Assembly: GCA_003635185.1 (NCBI GenBank)
Contig: PYJA01000138.1
Span: 43,820-107,819 of the forward strand
Length of the DNA: 64,000 nt
DNA from: Candidatus Poribacteria bacterium
GTDB lineage: Bacteria; Poribacteria; WGA-4E; WGA-3G
Direction: 5' to 3'
Shown here: positions 55,401 through 64,000 of the stretch, piece after piece
Layout: each line of letters begins with the position of its first letter
How positions within the stretch are numbered: the stretch's first letter is position 1
Notes under the pieces: model-generated
Told to the model about the DNA's origin: nothing
Databases searched by the model: none
Seen by the model: only the letters and a program-made list of their open reading frames with translations
Translations under genes and position numbers: made by a program

Positions 55401-56638
55401 ACCCCAGCGACTGTCGCTATCCAGAGGTTTCCATCAGCATCACGAGCTATGTCTCGGACATCGTTATCTGCCAAGAAATCGGCTTGTTTGTAGATTGTCC
55501 ATTTACCGCTAACCTTATCAAAACGGCTTACACCGTCTTCTTTACTTGCAAACCAAACGTCATTACCTTGTGTGGTAATCCAACTCACATTATTACTCGC
55601 TAATCCATCTGCTTTCGTGTAATGCACCCACGTATTGACAGGTTTGATAAAACGATGCACGCCTGCATTGGCAGTCCCAAACCAGACCTGAAACCCATCA
55701 GTTCGGATAGAGGAGATGAAATTGCTTTTTAACAGATCGGTTTTAGTAAACGTTTTAACGAATGTCTGATCAACCTGATTGTATTGACTAACGCCTCTGT
55801 GTTGTGTACCAAACCAAACACTGTCGTCATCTACGGCAATTGTGGCGATTTCGTTGTCTATCAAGCCATCCGATCTTGTATAGTTATTCCAAGAATCTGT
55901 GTCCCGGTGATAACGGCTGACTCCACCTTTGCTGAATCTCGGATCTTCATCCCATCCATGCGGATCAGGGTTTATTTCTTTATCAGTGCCGACCCAAACG
56001 TACTCCGGTTCAACAGCAATTGTTGTAACTATCCTGCTCACTAAGCCATCTTTTCGGGTGCGGACTGCCCAACTGTCAATTGTTTTGTCATATCGGTTCA
56101 GCCCGTTTGATGTTCCAAACCAAACGTAGTTGCCATCCACAGCAATGGAGGAAACCTGATCACTTGCGAGTCCGTCAATGTCACGGAAGGTTGAAAAGGT
56201 GTCAGTTTCACTATCGTATCGACTCACACCTTCATCTGTGGCGAACCAAACCCATTTCCCATCAACCGCAACAGCGTTGACCATATCATTCGCTAATCCG
56301 CTTTCCATCGTGTAGTGTAGCCATCTGTCTTCGCTGCGTAGCCAACGTGAGACACCTTTCGCTGTTGCAATCCATACATTCTCTGAATCGGCAGCAATGC
56401 AGTTGACTTCGTTGCTGATAAGCGTGCGTTTGATGGGCCATGTCTTTTTGGGTTTTGAATTTGGGCGAGAATTGGTGAAAGGCGAATCGGATTGCGGGTC
56501 AGTTATGCCTAATGGACCGCATCCGATAATCAGAAAGAGGGATAGCAGTAATAGGATATATGCTAACGTAGGTGTAGACAATAGTTTGCATTTGCAAATA
56601 ATTGAGGGAGGATCACTTTCATCTAATATCTTCATCAT
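52439..56638 (-). CDS. Giant lipoprotein composed of tandem two-component-regulator-propeller-like (Reg_prop) repeats; no kinase or DNA-binding output domain
   Basis: Lipobox LFLIIGC. At least 25 repeats of the pattern (D/N)xVWxGTxxGxSRYDxxxxxWxxYTxxDGLxS. 1399 aa with no other domain. Confidence 0.65.
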   Translation of the reverse strand: MMKILDESDPPSIICKCKLLSTPTLAYILLLLSLFLIIGCGPLGITDPQSDSPFTNSRPNSKPKKTWPIKRTLISNEVNCIAADSENVWIATAKGVSRWLRSEDRWLHYTMESGLANDMVNAVAVDGKWVWFATDEGVSRYDSETDTFSTFRDIDGLASDQVSSIAVDGNYVWFGTSNGLNRYDKTIDSWAVRTRKDGLVSRIVTTIAVEPEYVWVGTDKEINPDPHGWDEDPRFSKGGVSRYHRDTDSWNNYTRSDGLIDNEIATIAVDDDSVWFGTQHRGVSQYNQVDQTFVKTFTKTDLLKSNFISSIRTDGFQVWFGTANAGVHRFIKPVNTWVHYTKADGLASNNVSWITTQGNDVWFASKEDGVSRFDKVSGKWTIYKQADFLADNDVRDIARDADGNLWIATVAGVSVFSPQKRSWEVFSKEDGLPTPYVMSVDIASQSTESELSKLSKISKAQIWIGTARGLGSSTHLGGQWTFHRPSQGEAFVTVVATGKGSDNLGNAEQIWLGTNLGPAMYDLNSKEWTQLALPNSPKNPLILSVIIHDGNVWFGGVEGVWRYSVADKQMHQVTEGLKNPYVNVLLSVDNVLWAGTQGGGGLAKYDSTQQRWTPVSLGSKLSSPSITALAYQEGVLWIGTPQGLGSYTIATEKWNSLEKSYNIRDIVCDEEGKLWLATSTGLIEHHLKNGEGVTHQSRPVREPLVETRVSHIKFDGDYIWFSNWRASRNGGILRFHRPTKTWQRFTRLDIFQSTQKKTMTVLRWTYVDKDAVWFTTDYGVLRYDKSKDTWQHFTMKDGLSVDDVDKIAVSEKSVWIVPMAGMELNRYDKAAGTWEVISQPDRGEHRESLRGFAVDGPEVWFGSGDALTLYNEDTKEWKEFRPRDGLAGRGAEWITIDKDFVWVARSEWDRGSNRPLSRYDKKTKEWTTFSTNDVLAAKTIKRIIATENDVWIQYRPWDNVVTRYDRRNKEWTTITSDRGTLELAADNDYLWLAAPNDGLQRFHFASGTWTSFKNIKGLLHNHVGEYALAVDEDYVWVGTIRGLSRYDKQKESWMPLAPLPTLSGRTVRTVDTDERFVWVGTDSGLSRYDKDLGTWKNYKQTGGEEEIATHNGHWHRHRPKSRGMLSDNAVSSIVVDEQYVWVGTRDGANRFDKIALRWDQYKTEHGLPANNVTSVSTDGNNIWVGTHSGIGKYPRTADDLNAWIAYTSGTEIQPSAVSKEFAESLVTDEIWCITASKKHVWVGTRRGVSKYDIGRDIWKTITAEDGLASDEVSCIAVDGDRIWFGSDRGVTFYNERTEDWRAYTTKDGLVSDKITTIGVDGTDVWIGTYNAGISRFDHLKNSWTTYTRKDGLAHNGILSMAIGSTYVWFGTYRGLSRFDKRTGIWTTFTEAYGPEDILR

Positions 56639-56764
56639 GCTAACGTTATTCCTTTAGTCGGTTTAGATTATGTGAGTGAATAAACAGCATTTTTAGGATC
56701 ATTACATTAAGACGTTTCATAAGCAAGGAAGGTGTAATTAAAAGATAGGGGATCAACATTATTT

Positions 56765-59095
56765 TCATTCACCCTGAACCAGTTTAAACTTATGCGCAGC
56801 CTCTTCCAAACCGACAAAACGACTATAAATCGCCACATGGCTGAGTTTTCCTTCCCAATTTCTACCGCCACTTGCCTCATCACCGAAAAGGAGCGGATAT
56901 AACTCCCAATTGCTGAAATCTCCCTGCGTACCATTGCTAACATGGACAAGTTCACCGTTAATGTAGCAGTAGACGTTTCCTTCAAAATAACTGACGATGA
57001 CGTGTGTCGGTTTGTTTGACTCAATCTTGCCGAAGGAAAATTCGCCTCCAAGACCATTTTCGCCGGTGCGAGGTGTACGAATCCGCATCGCGAATCGGTT
57101 GCCATCTTGTCCAAGGGTAAAATTGCGGTGGGTAACATCCTTTGAAAATGAGATAATACGCGCAGGACCGCTCTGATTGAGATTATCTGTGGTAACAAGA
57201 CATTCAAGCGTTAATTGATTACTTTTCTTGCATGCTGCGAGAAGCGTCTCATTCACATTCTGAGCAATGAACGAATCATTGACCAGATCCATCTGTCCGT
57301 CTTCGGCAATTTTTGCGTTACCACGTGCTTCAATTTCACTATTATCCTCAAGCGTGTTGTGCCAGAAAAACACAAGTCCGTCGCGTGAACCGGGGAATTC
57401 TGTATGTGTGCCAATGTCAGCAGGTGCTTCCGGTAATACATTAATGGTTAGGGCTGTTGTTGACGATGTGCCTTCCGCGTCCGTCACTGTGAGTATCGCG
57501 GTGTATTGTCCAAGTATTTCATAGATGTGTATTGGATTTGATTCATCGGATGTTGTGCCATCTCCGAAATCCCAGTGTTGTGTTAAATCGCCTGCTGCCG
57601 AGAAAGCGACTGTAAGCGGTGCGCTGCCTTGCATGACATTTGCGGATGCCTTTGCTTCAGGACGAAGTTTTTCACCTGGGGCATAAGGTGTAAAGCGGTA
57701 TGCAAAATCACTATGTGGTGAAGCGAACGTATATTCTCCAGGCTGTGCTGTTCCAACAGGCAATATCTTCATGTTCCACGCATCGACGCCATCGATTTTA
57801 TATGGTTGGTCTCCGTGTAGTTCTACCGTTACTGTTTGTGGTTCAGCCGTGTAAACGAGATAGTATTCTCCCTGTTTTGCGAGCATATATCGTCCAGCGT
57901 CATCACCGACCGGTTCAAGCGTATCAAATGGCGGCGCGTCTGCCATGAAATCTTTGAGAAATGCTATCCGAGGTGGACTTTCGCCGCGTAAAACACCTCC
58001 CTTTGCCCACCACAGCAGGTCTTCAGGATGTTGGTATGTTTCGCCATGTCCAACGTAACATCCAGAAACAGTACCAGCCCAAAAGTTTTGCACCATCTGT
58101 TGAGCAGAGATGTTTCCCCACCCTTGCGGGACATCCCCTTCATAGCGGCACTCGTCATAGATAACAGGTTTTCCATATTGGCTGCGATAACGGATACCTT
58201 GCGCCATATTGGAGGTTTGGATACTGGTGTGCGTCACCCAAGGTTTACTGTGATCATACCAACCTCTGCAGTTATGGATACCACGTAAACGTTGATATGG
58301 GTCATGGTCACGAATAATCTGAAAAAACCGATCCCAGTCTGATTCTTCTTTTGCAGGCATGATGTCATATTCGTTTGCAAGGGACCACCAGACGTTACGG
58401 AAAGCAGCTAAACGTGCAACTGCATAACGGATATAGCGATCATCGCTTGCAGCATCCATATTCTCAAAATCCCACCGGTCATAAGTGTGAAAAAGGATGA
58501 TATCCGCTTCAATACCGAGGTCTAATAAGTCTTGAACGCGCTGCTCAAAATGCTGCCAGAATTCGGGGTTGAATTTTGTGAAATCCCAATCTTTTAGCGG
58601 TTTTCCTTCATAAGGGTAGTAGACCGGTTCATTTTTATTGTAGACGTAATCTTTTGGAAAGATACACATCCGCATCTTGTTGAAAGGTGCCTCAGCGAGG
58701 GTTTTAAGCGTCTGTTCCTCCATTGCATCACCTTGATGTGTCCATGCGTAGCAAGTCGTGCCGAACTGATGATACGGTGTGCCATCGGCATATTGTAGGT
58801 AGAAATCCTTATATACTTGCACTGGTCCGTGGTTTTCCTCGGATGGCGGGATGCACGTAAATTGTCCTGTTTTACCGTTGAGTTCAGTGATATTACTTTT
58901 TGTGGTGTATGTCCATTCTCCGACTTCATCCGGCATGAATCGGACTTTATAAATTCCGTTTCCATCATAAAACCCGTGCGGTTCGAAAGTCTGATCACCC
59001 TGTTTAAATTCTGCTGTTAGTTCGACCTCAGTGAACGGATTACCCCTATCCGGACCGTTCAGTGTCACTTCATATATTGCCCAACGTTCAACCAT
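56765..59095 (-). CDS. Multidomain glycoside-hydrolase-like protein: DUF5060 N-domain + DUF4038 (GH140/GH5-like TIM barrel) + PKD domain + LamG-like domain
   Basis: N-terminus WAIYEVTLNGP..NPF.EVELTAEF typical of DUF5060. Mid region with catalytic-type NEYD/E motifs. PKD signature WDFGDGTTS. C-terminal concanavalin-like block. No signal peptide called; the start may differ. Confidence 0.55.
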   Translation of the reverse strand: MVERWAIYEVTLNGPDRGNPFTEVELTAEFKQGDQTFEPHGFYDGNGIYKVRFMPDEVGEWTYTTKSNITELNGKTGQFTCIPPSEENHGPVQVYKDFYLQYADGTPYHQFGTTCYAWTHQGDAMEEQTLKTLAEAPFNKMRMCIFPKDYVYNKNEPVYYPYEGKPLKDWDFTKFNPEFWQHFEQRVQDLLDLGIEADIILFHTYDRWDFENMDAASDDRYIRYAVARLAAFRNVWWSLANEYDIMPAKEESDWDRFFQIIRDHDPYQRLRGIHNCRGWYDHSKPWVTHTSIQTSNMAQGIRYRSQYGKPVIYDECRYEGDVPQGWGNISAQQMVQNFWAGTVSGCYVGHGETYQHPEDLLWWAKGGVLRGESPPRIAFLKDFMADAPPFDTLEPVGDDAGRYMLAKQGEYYLVYTAEPQTVTVELHGDQPYKIDGVDAWNMKILPVGTAQPGEYTFASPHSDFAYRFTPYAPGEKLRPEAKASANVMQGSAPLTVAFSAAGDLTQHWDFGDGTTSDESNPIHIYEILGQYTAILTVTDAEGTSSTTALTINVLPEAPADIGTHTEFPGSRDGLVFFWHNTLEDNSEIEARGNAKIAEDGQMDLVNDSFIAQNVNETLLAACKKSNQLTLECLVTTDNLNQSGPARIISFSKDVTHRNFTLGQDGNRFAMRIRTPRTGENGLGGEFSFGKIESNKPTHVIVSYFEGNVYCYINGELVHVSNGTQGDFSNWELYPLLFGDEASGGRNWEGKLSHVAIYSRFVGLEEAAHKFKLVQGE

Positions 59096-59280
59096 AGACC
59101 TCTCCTTATCTTGTTTTTACTTTGCCAATGTTTTCCGAACGAATTCTGCGTAAGTATACTTCAAAAATTGACGCGCGTCAAGAGATTCCAAAACCATTAA
59201 CGCATTCATACTGTTTTACCGAGGGGTTATCTCCATTTCCGGCAAGTTCGCAATTAGCAGCGAGATCAACTTCTCTACAA

Positions 59281-59574
59281 CTAAAAGACCTTGTTGATAA
59301 CAAACCCGATCTGGTATTCGCTCAACTTATTAGTATGCCCTGTCCAATGCCGGCCATCTACCAATCTATCGGCATCTGCCCACATCTGATAGTATTCCTG
59401 ACGGCGCGCAGATTTCTCGGACTCCGCCTTAAACTTCATCACAAGCGACACGCGCTCATCCGCAGACGTTTCGTCCGGGTTCACACCGCGCATCTTACCC
59501 TGTTGCACAAGCCATTCTTCCGGCGTCATCGGAATAAAATTCGGGGATGTCTGAGCACCGATATTTTGTAACAT
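59281..59574 (-). CDS. Hypothetical small protein (97 aa)
   Basis: Protein-like composition. The overlapping plus-strand ORF 59122-59571 is Arg-rich and was rejected as antisense. Confidence 0.3.
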   Translation of the reverse strand: MLQNIGAQTSPNFIPMTPEEWLVQQGKMRGVNPDETSADERVSLVMKFKAESEKSARRQEYYQMWADADRLVDGRHWTGHTNKLSEYQIGFVINKVF

Positions 59575-59627
59575 TCTTTTCCTTGACCCTTTTTCTTTGC
59601 TGTGTTATACTATTGTCAGCATTGTTC

Positions 59628-59669
59628 GGTAGGGATTGTTTGACGCGTCAACCCGACGCGTTCCCTACC
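59628..59669. other. Long imperfect hairpin (GGTAGGGATTGTTTGACGCGTCAACCCGACGCGTTCCCTACC) in the 5' region of the minus-strand gene 59281-59574
   Basis: Outer stem GGTAGGGA/TCCCTACC and inner stem ACGCGTC/GACGCGT around an AACCC loop. Could be regulatory or a terminator for the plus strand. Not a member of the listed repeat families. Confidence 0.25.
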
Positions 59670-59756
59670 AACTGCCAAACAACGGTTACAATGCTGGAAT
59701 GAACAATGTGATCCCGAACAAAAACGCATTCAACCCTATTCTAAAAGGGGGATAAT

Positions 59757-60155
59757 ATGTCAATTTTTAATCGCATTAGATACTACGCACAACGCGGTAA
59801 ACGCCAAGACTTGTTAAACAAATATGGGTTTTATGAAACTATAGAAACACAAACAGGCAAACTGATCGGAGATGACATGCTCGGTGGTGTGAGTACTCTT
59901 ACCAGTAACTACACAACCTTTCACATACATACGATGTTAGATTGCCCCTTTCTAATAAAACCTCATCACAAAGATGAAACCGAATACTCATGCCGACTGA
60001 TTGAAAATAGTATCTATAATATTTATAATATGTCGTTGAAGGAATTGATAAACCTACTTGAGAATAAATACACTGACAGCGACAGGTTTATGACGTTCCT
60101 TTCTTCGTCTCATTATCATTGTGAATGTATGGAATGGACAGGACACATTACATAA
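59757..60155 (+). CDS. Hypothetical protein (132 aa, Cys/His-rich C-terminus)
   Basis: ORF with the C-terminal cluster HYHCECMEWTGH. No family assigned. Confidence 0.3.
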   Translation: MSIFNRIRYYAQRGKRQDLLNKYGFYETIETQTGKLIGDDMLGGVSTLTSNYTTFHIHTMLDCPFLIKPHHKDETEYSCRLIENSIYNIYNMSLKELINLLENKYTDSDRFMTFLSSSHYHCECMEWTGHIT

Positions 60156-60171
60156 AAGCAAGGAGAACATA

Positions 60172-60660
60172 ATGAAAATTAAAGTTTTTTTGATACTGTT
60201 AGTTACCCTCTTTACATCAATCACTTTCAAATCCCATACACAACTCACTGCAGGACCCACGCCCCCGTTCAAATTCAAAGTCTGTGTCACTGTTATCCCC
60301 CAAGATGAGACTAATTTAGATGAAAACTTAGAAATCTTTATCAGAAGAGAACTCCGTGCACTGGGTGACGTTGATCTTGTAAAAGAAGATTCTGATTGGC
60401 ATTTTCATTTAGCATATAATCTACTTGAACTTAAAAATGAAGACGGCACCAAAAGTAATTTTCTTTCAATAGCATCGGTTATCTTGAGATCTGTTCTTGT
60501 CGGTTATGATCCCGAAGTTGATCCTTACCTTAAGGGTTTCGGCAGACCTGGCTACCTTGATAGTATCATCCCAGCTTATTACGAAAGAAACCTCTTACAT
60601 CGATATGCTATAGTAAACATTGGAGACTTTGATAAAGCTCGTTTAGAGCGACTCCGTTGA
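60172..60660 (+). CDS. Hypothetical secreted protein
   Basis: AAGGAG RBS, signal peptide MKIKVFLILLVTLFTSITF. Confidence 0.35.
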   Translation: MKIKVFLILLVTLFTSITFKSHTQLTAGPTPPFKFKVCVTVIPQDETNLDENLEIFIRRELRALGDVDLVKEDSDWHFHLAYNLLELKNEDGTKSNFLSIASVILRSVLVGYDPEVDPYLKGFGRPGYLDSIIPAYYERNLLHRYAIVNIGDFDKARLERLR

Positions 60661-60745
60661 AAATAAAGGTTACACATGTCAAAACTACTAGATATATTCA
60701 AAGCCTTCTTAGGCTTTATCCTTTTCAGCCCCCCTAGAGGTAATA

Positions 60746-61078
60746 ATGAATCAACTACCAAATTATAGGAAGAAAAGAGAAGAAAAAACACCTGCTGACA
60801 TTCATAATAACAAAGGTGTTGACTTCTGTGTTCAAGGCAAATTTGACGAAGGTATTGCAGAATTCTATAAAGCTTTGAGAGACAACCCAAACTTTCCAAT
60901 CGCTCACTTCAATAGAGGTCTTTCCTTTTTAAACCTAAGACTCGAGAAGTCCGCTATCGTCGACTTCGAGACAGCTTTCCTTCTCAAGCGGAACTTCGAT
61001 GAATTGTTTGCCCAAGCCGAGTTTGACGAAGATCTCATCGAGTTCATTGAGAGCACGTTCGGCATCTCTACACGCTAA
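60746..61078 (+). CDS. Small TPR-repeat protein
   Basis: TPR-like helices (GKFDEGIAEFYKALRDNPNFPIAHFNRGLSF). Confidence 0.35.
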   Translation: MNQLPNYRKKREEKTPADIHNNKGVDFCVQGKFDEGIAEFYKALRDNPNFPIAHFNRGLSFLNLRLEKSAIVDFETAFLLKRNFDELFAQAEFDEDLIEFIESTFGISTR

Positions 61079-61161
61079 AATAACGTCTTCGGACAAGATT
61101 TTTTCTGTCATTTTATGTTAACCTATGGTTATCAAGGGCTTGCTCCGAAACATCCGTCATC

Positions 61162-61401
61162 TTATCCGATTGACAGAACCGTGCAAGCGTTGTCCCGCGC
61201 CCCAGCGAACTGGCACAGGCGAGCATACATTCTGTGATGGATAGGTATCAACTTAAACTTCACAGCGTTCTCTAATTGCTGAAGCGCCCAGTCTCCGAGT
61301 GCCAAGTTCGCATTATCTACATGCGCTTTGTAGACCAAGAGTTTATCCGCAATACCGATCGCATCTAACACACTTTGTAGATGCCGAATCTCTCCTTCCA
61401 A
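61162..61401 (-). CDS. Small coiled-coil ORF of unknown function (possible mobile-element remnant)
   Basis: Only TTG as start. Upstream in the same frame after a stop lies an A7G slippery-like run (TATCAAAAAAAGAAAG). Confidence 0.2.
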   Translation of the reverse strand: MEGEIRHLQSVLDAIGIADKLLVYKAHVDNANLALGDWALQQLENAVKFKLIPIHHRMYARLCQFAGARDNACTVLSIG

Positions 61402-61920
61402 ATCCGCGATTTTCGCTTCGTATCCATCTTTCTTTTTTTGATATTTCTCTAATCTGGTTCAGCAAACTCTCCAAGATACTTTCCCCGCATCTTTCCACTG
61501 ATTTGAAGTTAAGGACTACTATTTAAACAAACCTGTTCAGAAAATGAACAGTAACCAAACATTTTGTCATGCAAATCGCTATAAATCCTTGATTTAACCC
61601 TGTTTTACCATAGCATTATCTTTGGCATACAAATTGCTCTATGTTCAAGTATAGTGGTTGTGGTCAGTGAATGCACAAAATCGTGCAACATCAGTAAAAG
61701 CTGCACGTCTGTGTGCAGGTTTATTGTAATCAATATCGCCTCGTATTTGATTTTCTGCGTTTCCCGCCCCAAACCGCCTTTGGCATGAAATTTGCTCCTA
61801 TATCAATATGAGATGAATTAATGTGCCTTCGTCAGCTACGGAAACCTATCATTCAGTGTATTTTCTGGTGAGACGACTTTGGCACTGTGTTGAATATACT
61901 TTAAAAAATGGAGATATGAC

Positions 61921-64000
61921 ATGAAAACGCCTGCCCCTTTTTTGAGACGAATCCTAAAAGTTCATATTGCATTCATTTGCCTTGTTTGTGTGCCGCGTGT
62001 TGCGTTTGGTATTGAACCTATCGGTACGATTGGACAGCTACCCCCAGAAAAGCACGCCTTTCTCACTGATCAAACTATTTTGCGTGTTCCCTATTTAGGT
62101 ACAAATTTCCAGATTGTTGACCGTGAAACAGGAAAAATAATTGGCGAATTCGGGAACCGCCCCAGAGGTAGCGATATTGTGTTTAGTCCAAATGCTACAC
62201 ATTTAGCGATTCTAAACGATTCTACTCAACCAAAAACGACCACAGTAAACATTTGGGATACTGAAGCACGAGAGATGATATCCGAGTGGGAAGCAGCAGT
62301 CCCTATCTTTGAGAACGCAGCATTTAGTCCTACCCAACCTTTACTTGTGAATTCTTATGATAACGAAATATATCTATGGAATTGGCAAATTGAGGAATTC
62401 ATTGGGAAAATGGTTGGTGAAAGACGGCAGTGGGAAAAGTGTTATGTGAAAACAGTAAATGGCGAAAGTGTCTCTAAGCTCTGTTTAACTTCTACAAGCG
62501 CACATGAAATGTTGTTTACGCCAGACGGAAAACATCTCATCGTAGCCTCAAAACGACCAGATATAGAGCTGTGGAATGTGGAAACACGCGAATTGGTAGG
62601 ACATTTTGAAGGACACACAGGAAACTGGGTTGATGGATTGGCTATCAGTCCAGATGGAACGTATCTCGCATCTTATGAAAGAGAATCAAATTTTGTCTAT
62701 TTGTGGGATATCGCTACAAGACAGCTGCTATGGAGAGAGCCAATTCACGAAACCGGAATTTCAGACATCGTTTTCAGTGCAGACAGTCAACATTTATATG
62801 CTGCAAATAAAAATGTGTATATATGGGATGTTAAATCGGGTCAACAGATTGACTCATTCGGTAACGATTATTTTGGACTACGACAGATGATATTGTCCCC
62901 CGACGGAAAAACGATGTTACTTCAATACGGTGGAAGTTTTTGGTGGGGAGGTGTTGTTGTGCTTTGGGACACCGAAACCAATCAAAAATTAAAGGAATTC
63001 GCTGATTATATCGGCGGGATAGTCAGGCTAAGTTCAGATGGGGAAACCATGATCAGTGCAGATTCCAACTTTATCAAAGTTTGGGATATTCCCTCACAAC
63101 AAGTGCGTTTTGTGATTTCTGCAGAACATTTCTATGGATTTCATACTTACAAAGATGTTGCCATTTCTCCAGACAGTAAACGAATTGCTTATAGCAACTA
63201 TCCTTGGATTGAGGTGGCTGACCTTCAAAACGGTAATGTTAAAGCTCAATACCAACATCACATTGGTCTTCTTGATCATGCTTCCTTTAGTTCCACTGAT
63301 AGATGGCTTGCAGTAGTGAATGAATGGGGATATCTGTTTCTTTTTGACGTGAGTAATCCAAAGGAAATTCACAGAGTCCCTCTAAATTTTCAGCTTGGCA
63401 GATCCAATTTCTACCAGGTTGCTTTCAGTGAAAATGATGAATATATGGCTGCTTCTGCTCGGACAGGAAAACTCGATAACTCTCAGTACTGGATTCTGTT
63501 GTGGAAACGGGAAGGGGAGAATTTCGAATTTCAATATAAATGGGAAACTACAGAACACAGCGATTCTTTACATTCAACACTTGCCTTTGCTTCTACTGAA
63601 GACGGTTCCACCGTATTAGCAGCAGCATTAAAAGATTTAGAAACCCGAATATGGAAAATTCTACCTCAGAATGCTCAGCTTGTAAATACACTTTTGCCTG
63701 CAGACGCACCGATACACTTCAGTCCTGATAAAAGATACCTCTTTACTAATCAGGATAGCGAATTTCAAATATGGGATTGGCAAACAAGTAGACTGATAAA
63801 ATATCCATCAATTCCAAATTGCCTTGGTATTAGTCAAGACGGGTCAATTTTAGTATCCACGGACGAAATCGGACGATATCTTATCTGGGATGCCAAAAAT
63901 TTATTCTCTTCACTTCCTTATCCCGTTGAACCTAAAGGAAAGAAGCTTGTTACGTTGGGACAAATTAAGCGGAACCAACTGCTACAAAACTTTCCTAACC
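61921..64000 (+). CDS. Secreted WD40-like beta-propeller repeat protein, 3'-truncated by the window end
   Basis: Manual translation from the ATG at 61921 is open to 64000. Signal peptide MKTPAPFLRRILKVHIAFICLVCVPRVAFG. Repeated ..SPDG..L.....D..IxLWD/VWD units. Absent from the ORF track because it has no stop. Confidence 0.6.
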   Translation, partial: MKTPAPFLRRILKVHIAFICLVCVPRVAFGIEPIGTIGQLPPEKHAFLTDQTILRVPYLGTNFQIVDRETGKIIGEFGNRPRGSDIVFSPNATHLAILNDSTQPKTTTVNIWDTEAREMISEWEAAVPIFENAAFSPTQPLLVNSYDNEIYLWNWQIEEFIGKMVGERRQWEKCYVKTVNGESVSKLCLTSTSAHEMLFTPDGKHLIVASKRPDIELWNVETRELVGHFEGHTGNWVDGLAISPDGTYLASYERESNFVYLWDIATRQLLWREPIHETGISDIVFSADSQHLYAANKNVYIWDVKSGQQIDSFGNDYFGLRQMILSPDGKTMLLQYGGSFWWGGVVVLWDTETNQKLKEFADYIGGIVRLSSDGETMISADSNFIKVWDIPSQQVRFVISAEHFYGFHTYKDVAISPDSKRIAYSNYPWIEVADLQNGNVKAQYQHHIGLLDHASFSSTDRWLAVVNEWGYLFLFDVSNPKEIHRVPLNFQLGRSNFYQVAFSENDEYMAASARTGKLDNSQYWILLWKREGENFEFQYKWETTEHSDSLHSTLAFASTEDGSTVLAAALKDLETRIWKILPQNAQLVNTLLPADAPIHFSPDKRYLFTNQDSEFQIWDWQTSRLIKYPSIPNCLGISQDGSILVSTDEIGRYLIWDAKNLFSSLPYPVEPKGKKLVTLGQIKRNQLLQNFPN

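Noticed and set aside
59122-59571. 149-aa plus-strand ORF
   Set aside because: Arg/His-rich, low-complexity composition typical of antisense translation of the minus-strand ORF 59281-59574.
61441-61460. A7G run as a functional IS3 programmed-frameshift site
   Set aside because: No adjacent transposase (DDE) coding capacity and the intergenic region is too short. Noted only as a possible remnant.
1-64000. Search for tRNA, rRNA or tmRNA genes
   Set aside because: No cloverleaf-compatible sequences (GTTCGAATCC-type T-arms with matching acceptor stems) or rRNA-like conserved blocks were recognised by eye. A tRNAscan/Infernal run would be needed to be certain.

Overview
Bacterial chromosomal segment of moderate GC (about 45%, judged by eye), with genes on both strands. 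It looks like an uncultivated, repeat-rich lineage; a T9SS-type C-terminal sorting domain, several dockerin-like modules and WD40/beta-propeller proteins are present, but I cannot assign taxonomy from sequence alone. Housekeeping content: a GT9 heptosyltransferase, a CCA/poly(A) polymerase-family enzyme, an ABC transporter with a PspA-like gene, a 2-oxoacid dehydrogenase E2 subunit, three Gfo/Idh/MocA oxidoreductases, a family III CoA-transferase, and a heme-biosynthesis cluster (hemB, hemL, polyprenyl synthase, SirC-like, HemX/CcsA-like, hemA, hemC). Accessory content stands out in four ways. (1) Intergenic spaces hold at least 6-8 families of small palindromic/MITE-like repeats, including a nested insertion and one disrupting a DNA methyltransferase gene. 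(2) A 2-repeat CRISPR-like mini-array sits at the window start with no cas genes in view. (3) A tandem array of 5 genes carries 7 copies of a lineage-specific secreted domain; one gene is a recent triple fusion. (4) A signal-peptide/dockerin protein reads through an in-frame TGA into a thioredoxin fold exactly at the first Cys of the CxxC motif, giving UxxC, with a small GGU-loop hairpin 18-32 nt downstream. This is a candidate selenocysteine thioredoxin; the alternative is a pseudogene. Also present: a large WD40-dockerin-T9SS protein, a 1399-aa lipoprotein made only of two-component-regulator-propeller-like repeats, a PhyH-dioxygenase/HEAT fusion and a GH140-like multidomain glycosidase. No tRNA or rRNA genes were recognised. 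All calls rest on motif recognition by eye; no database searches were run.
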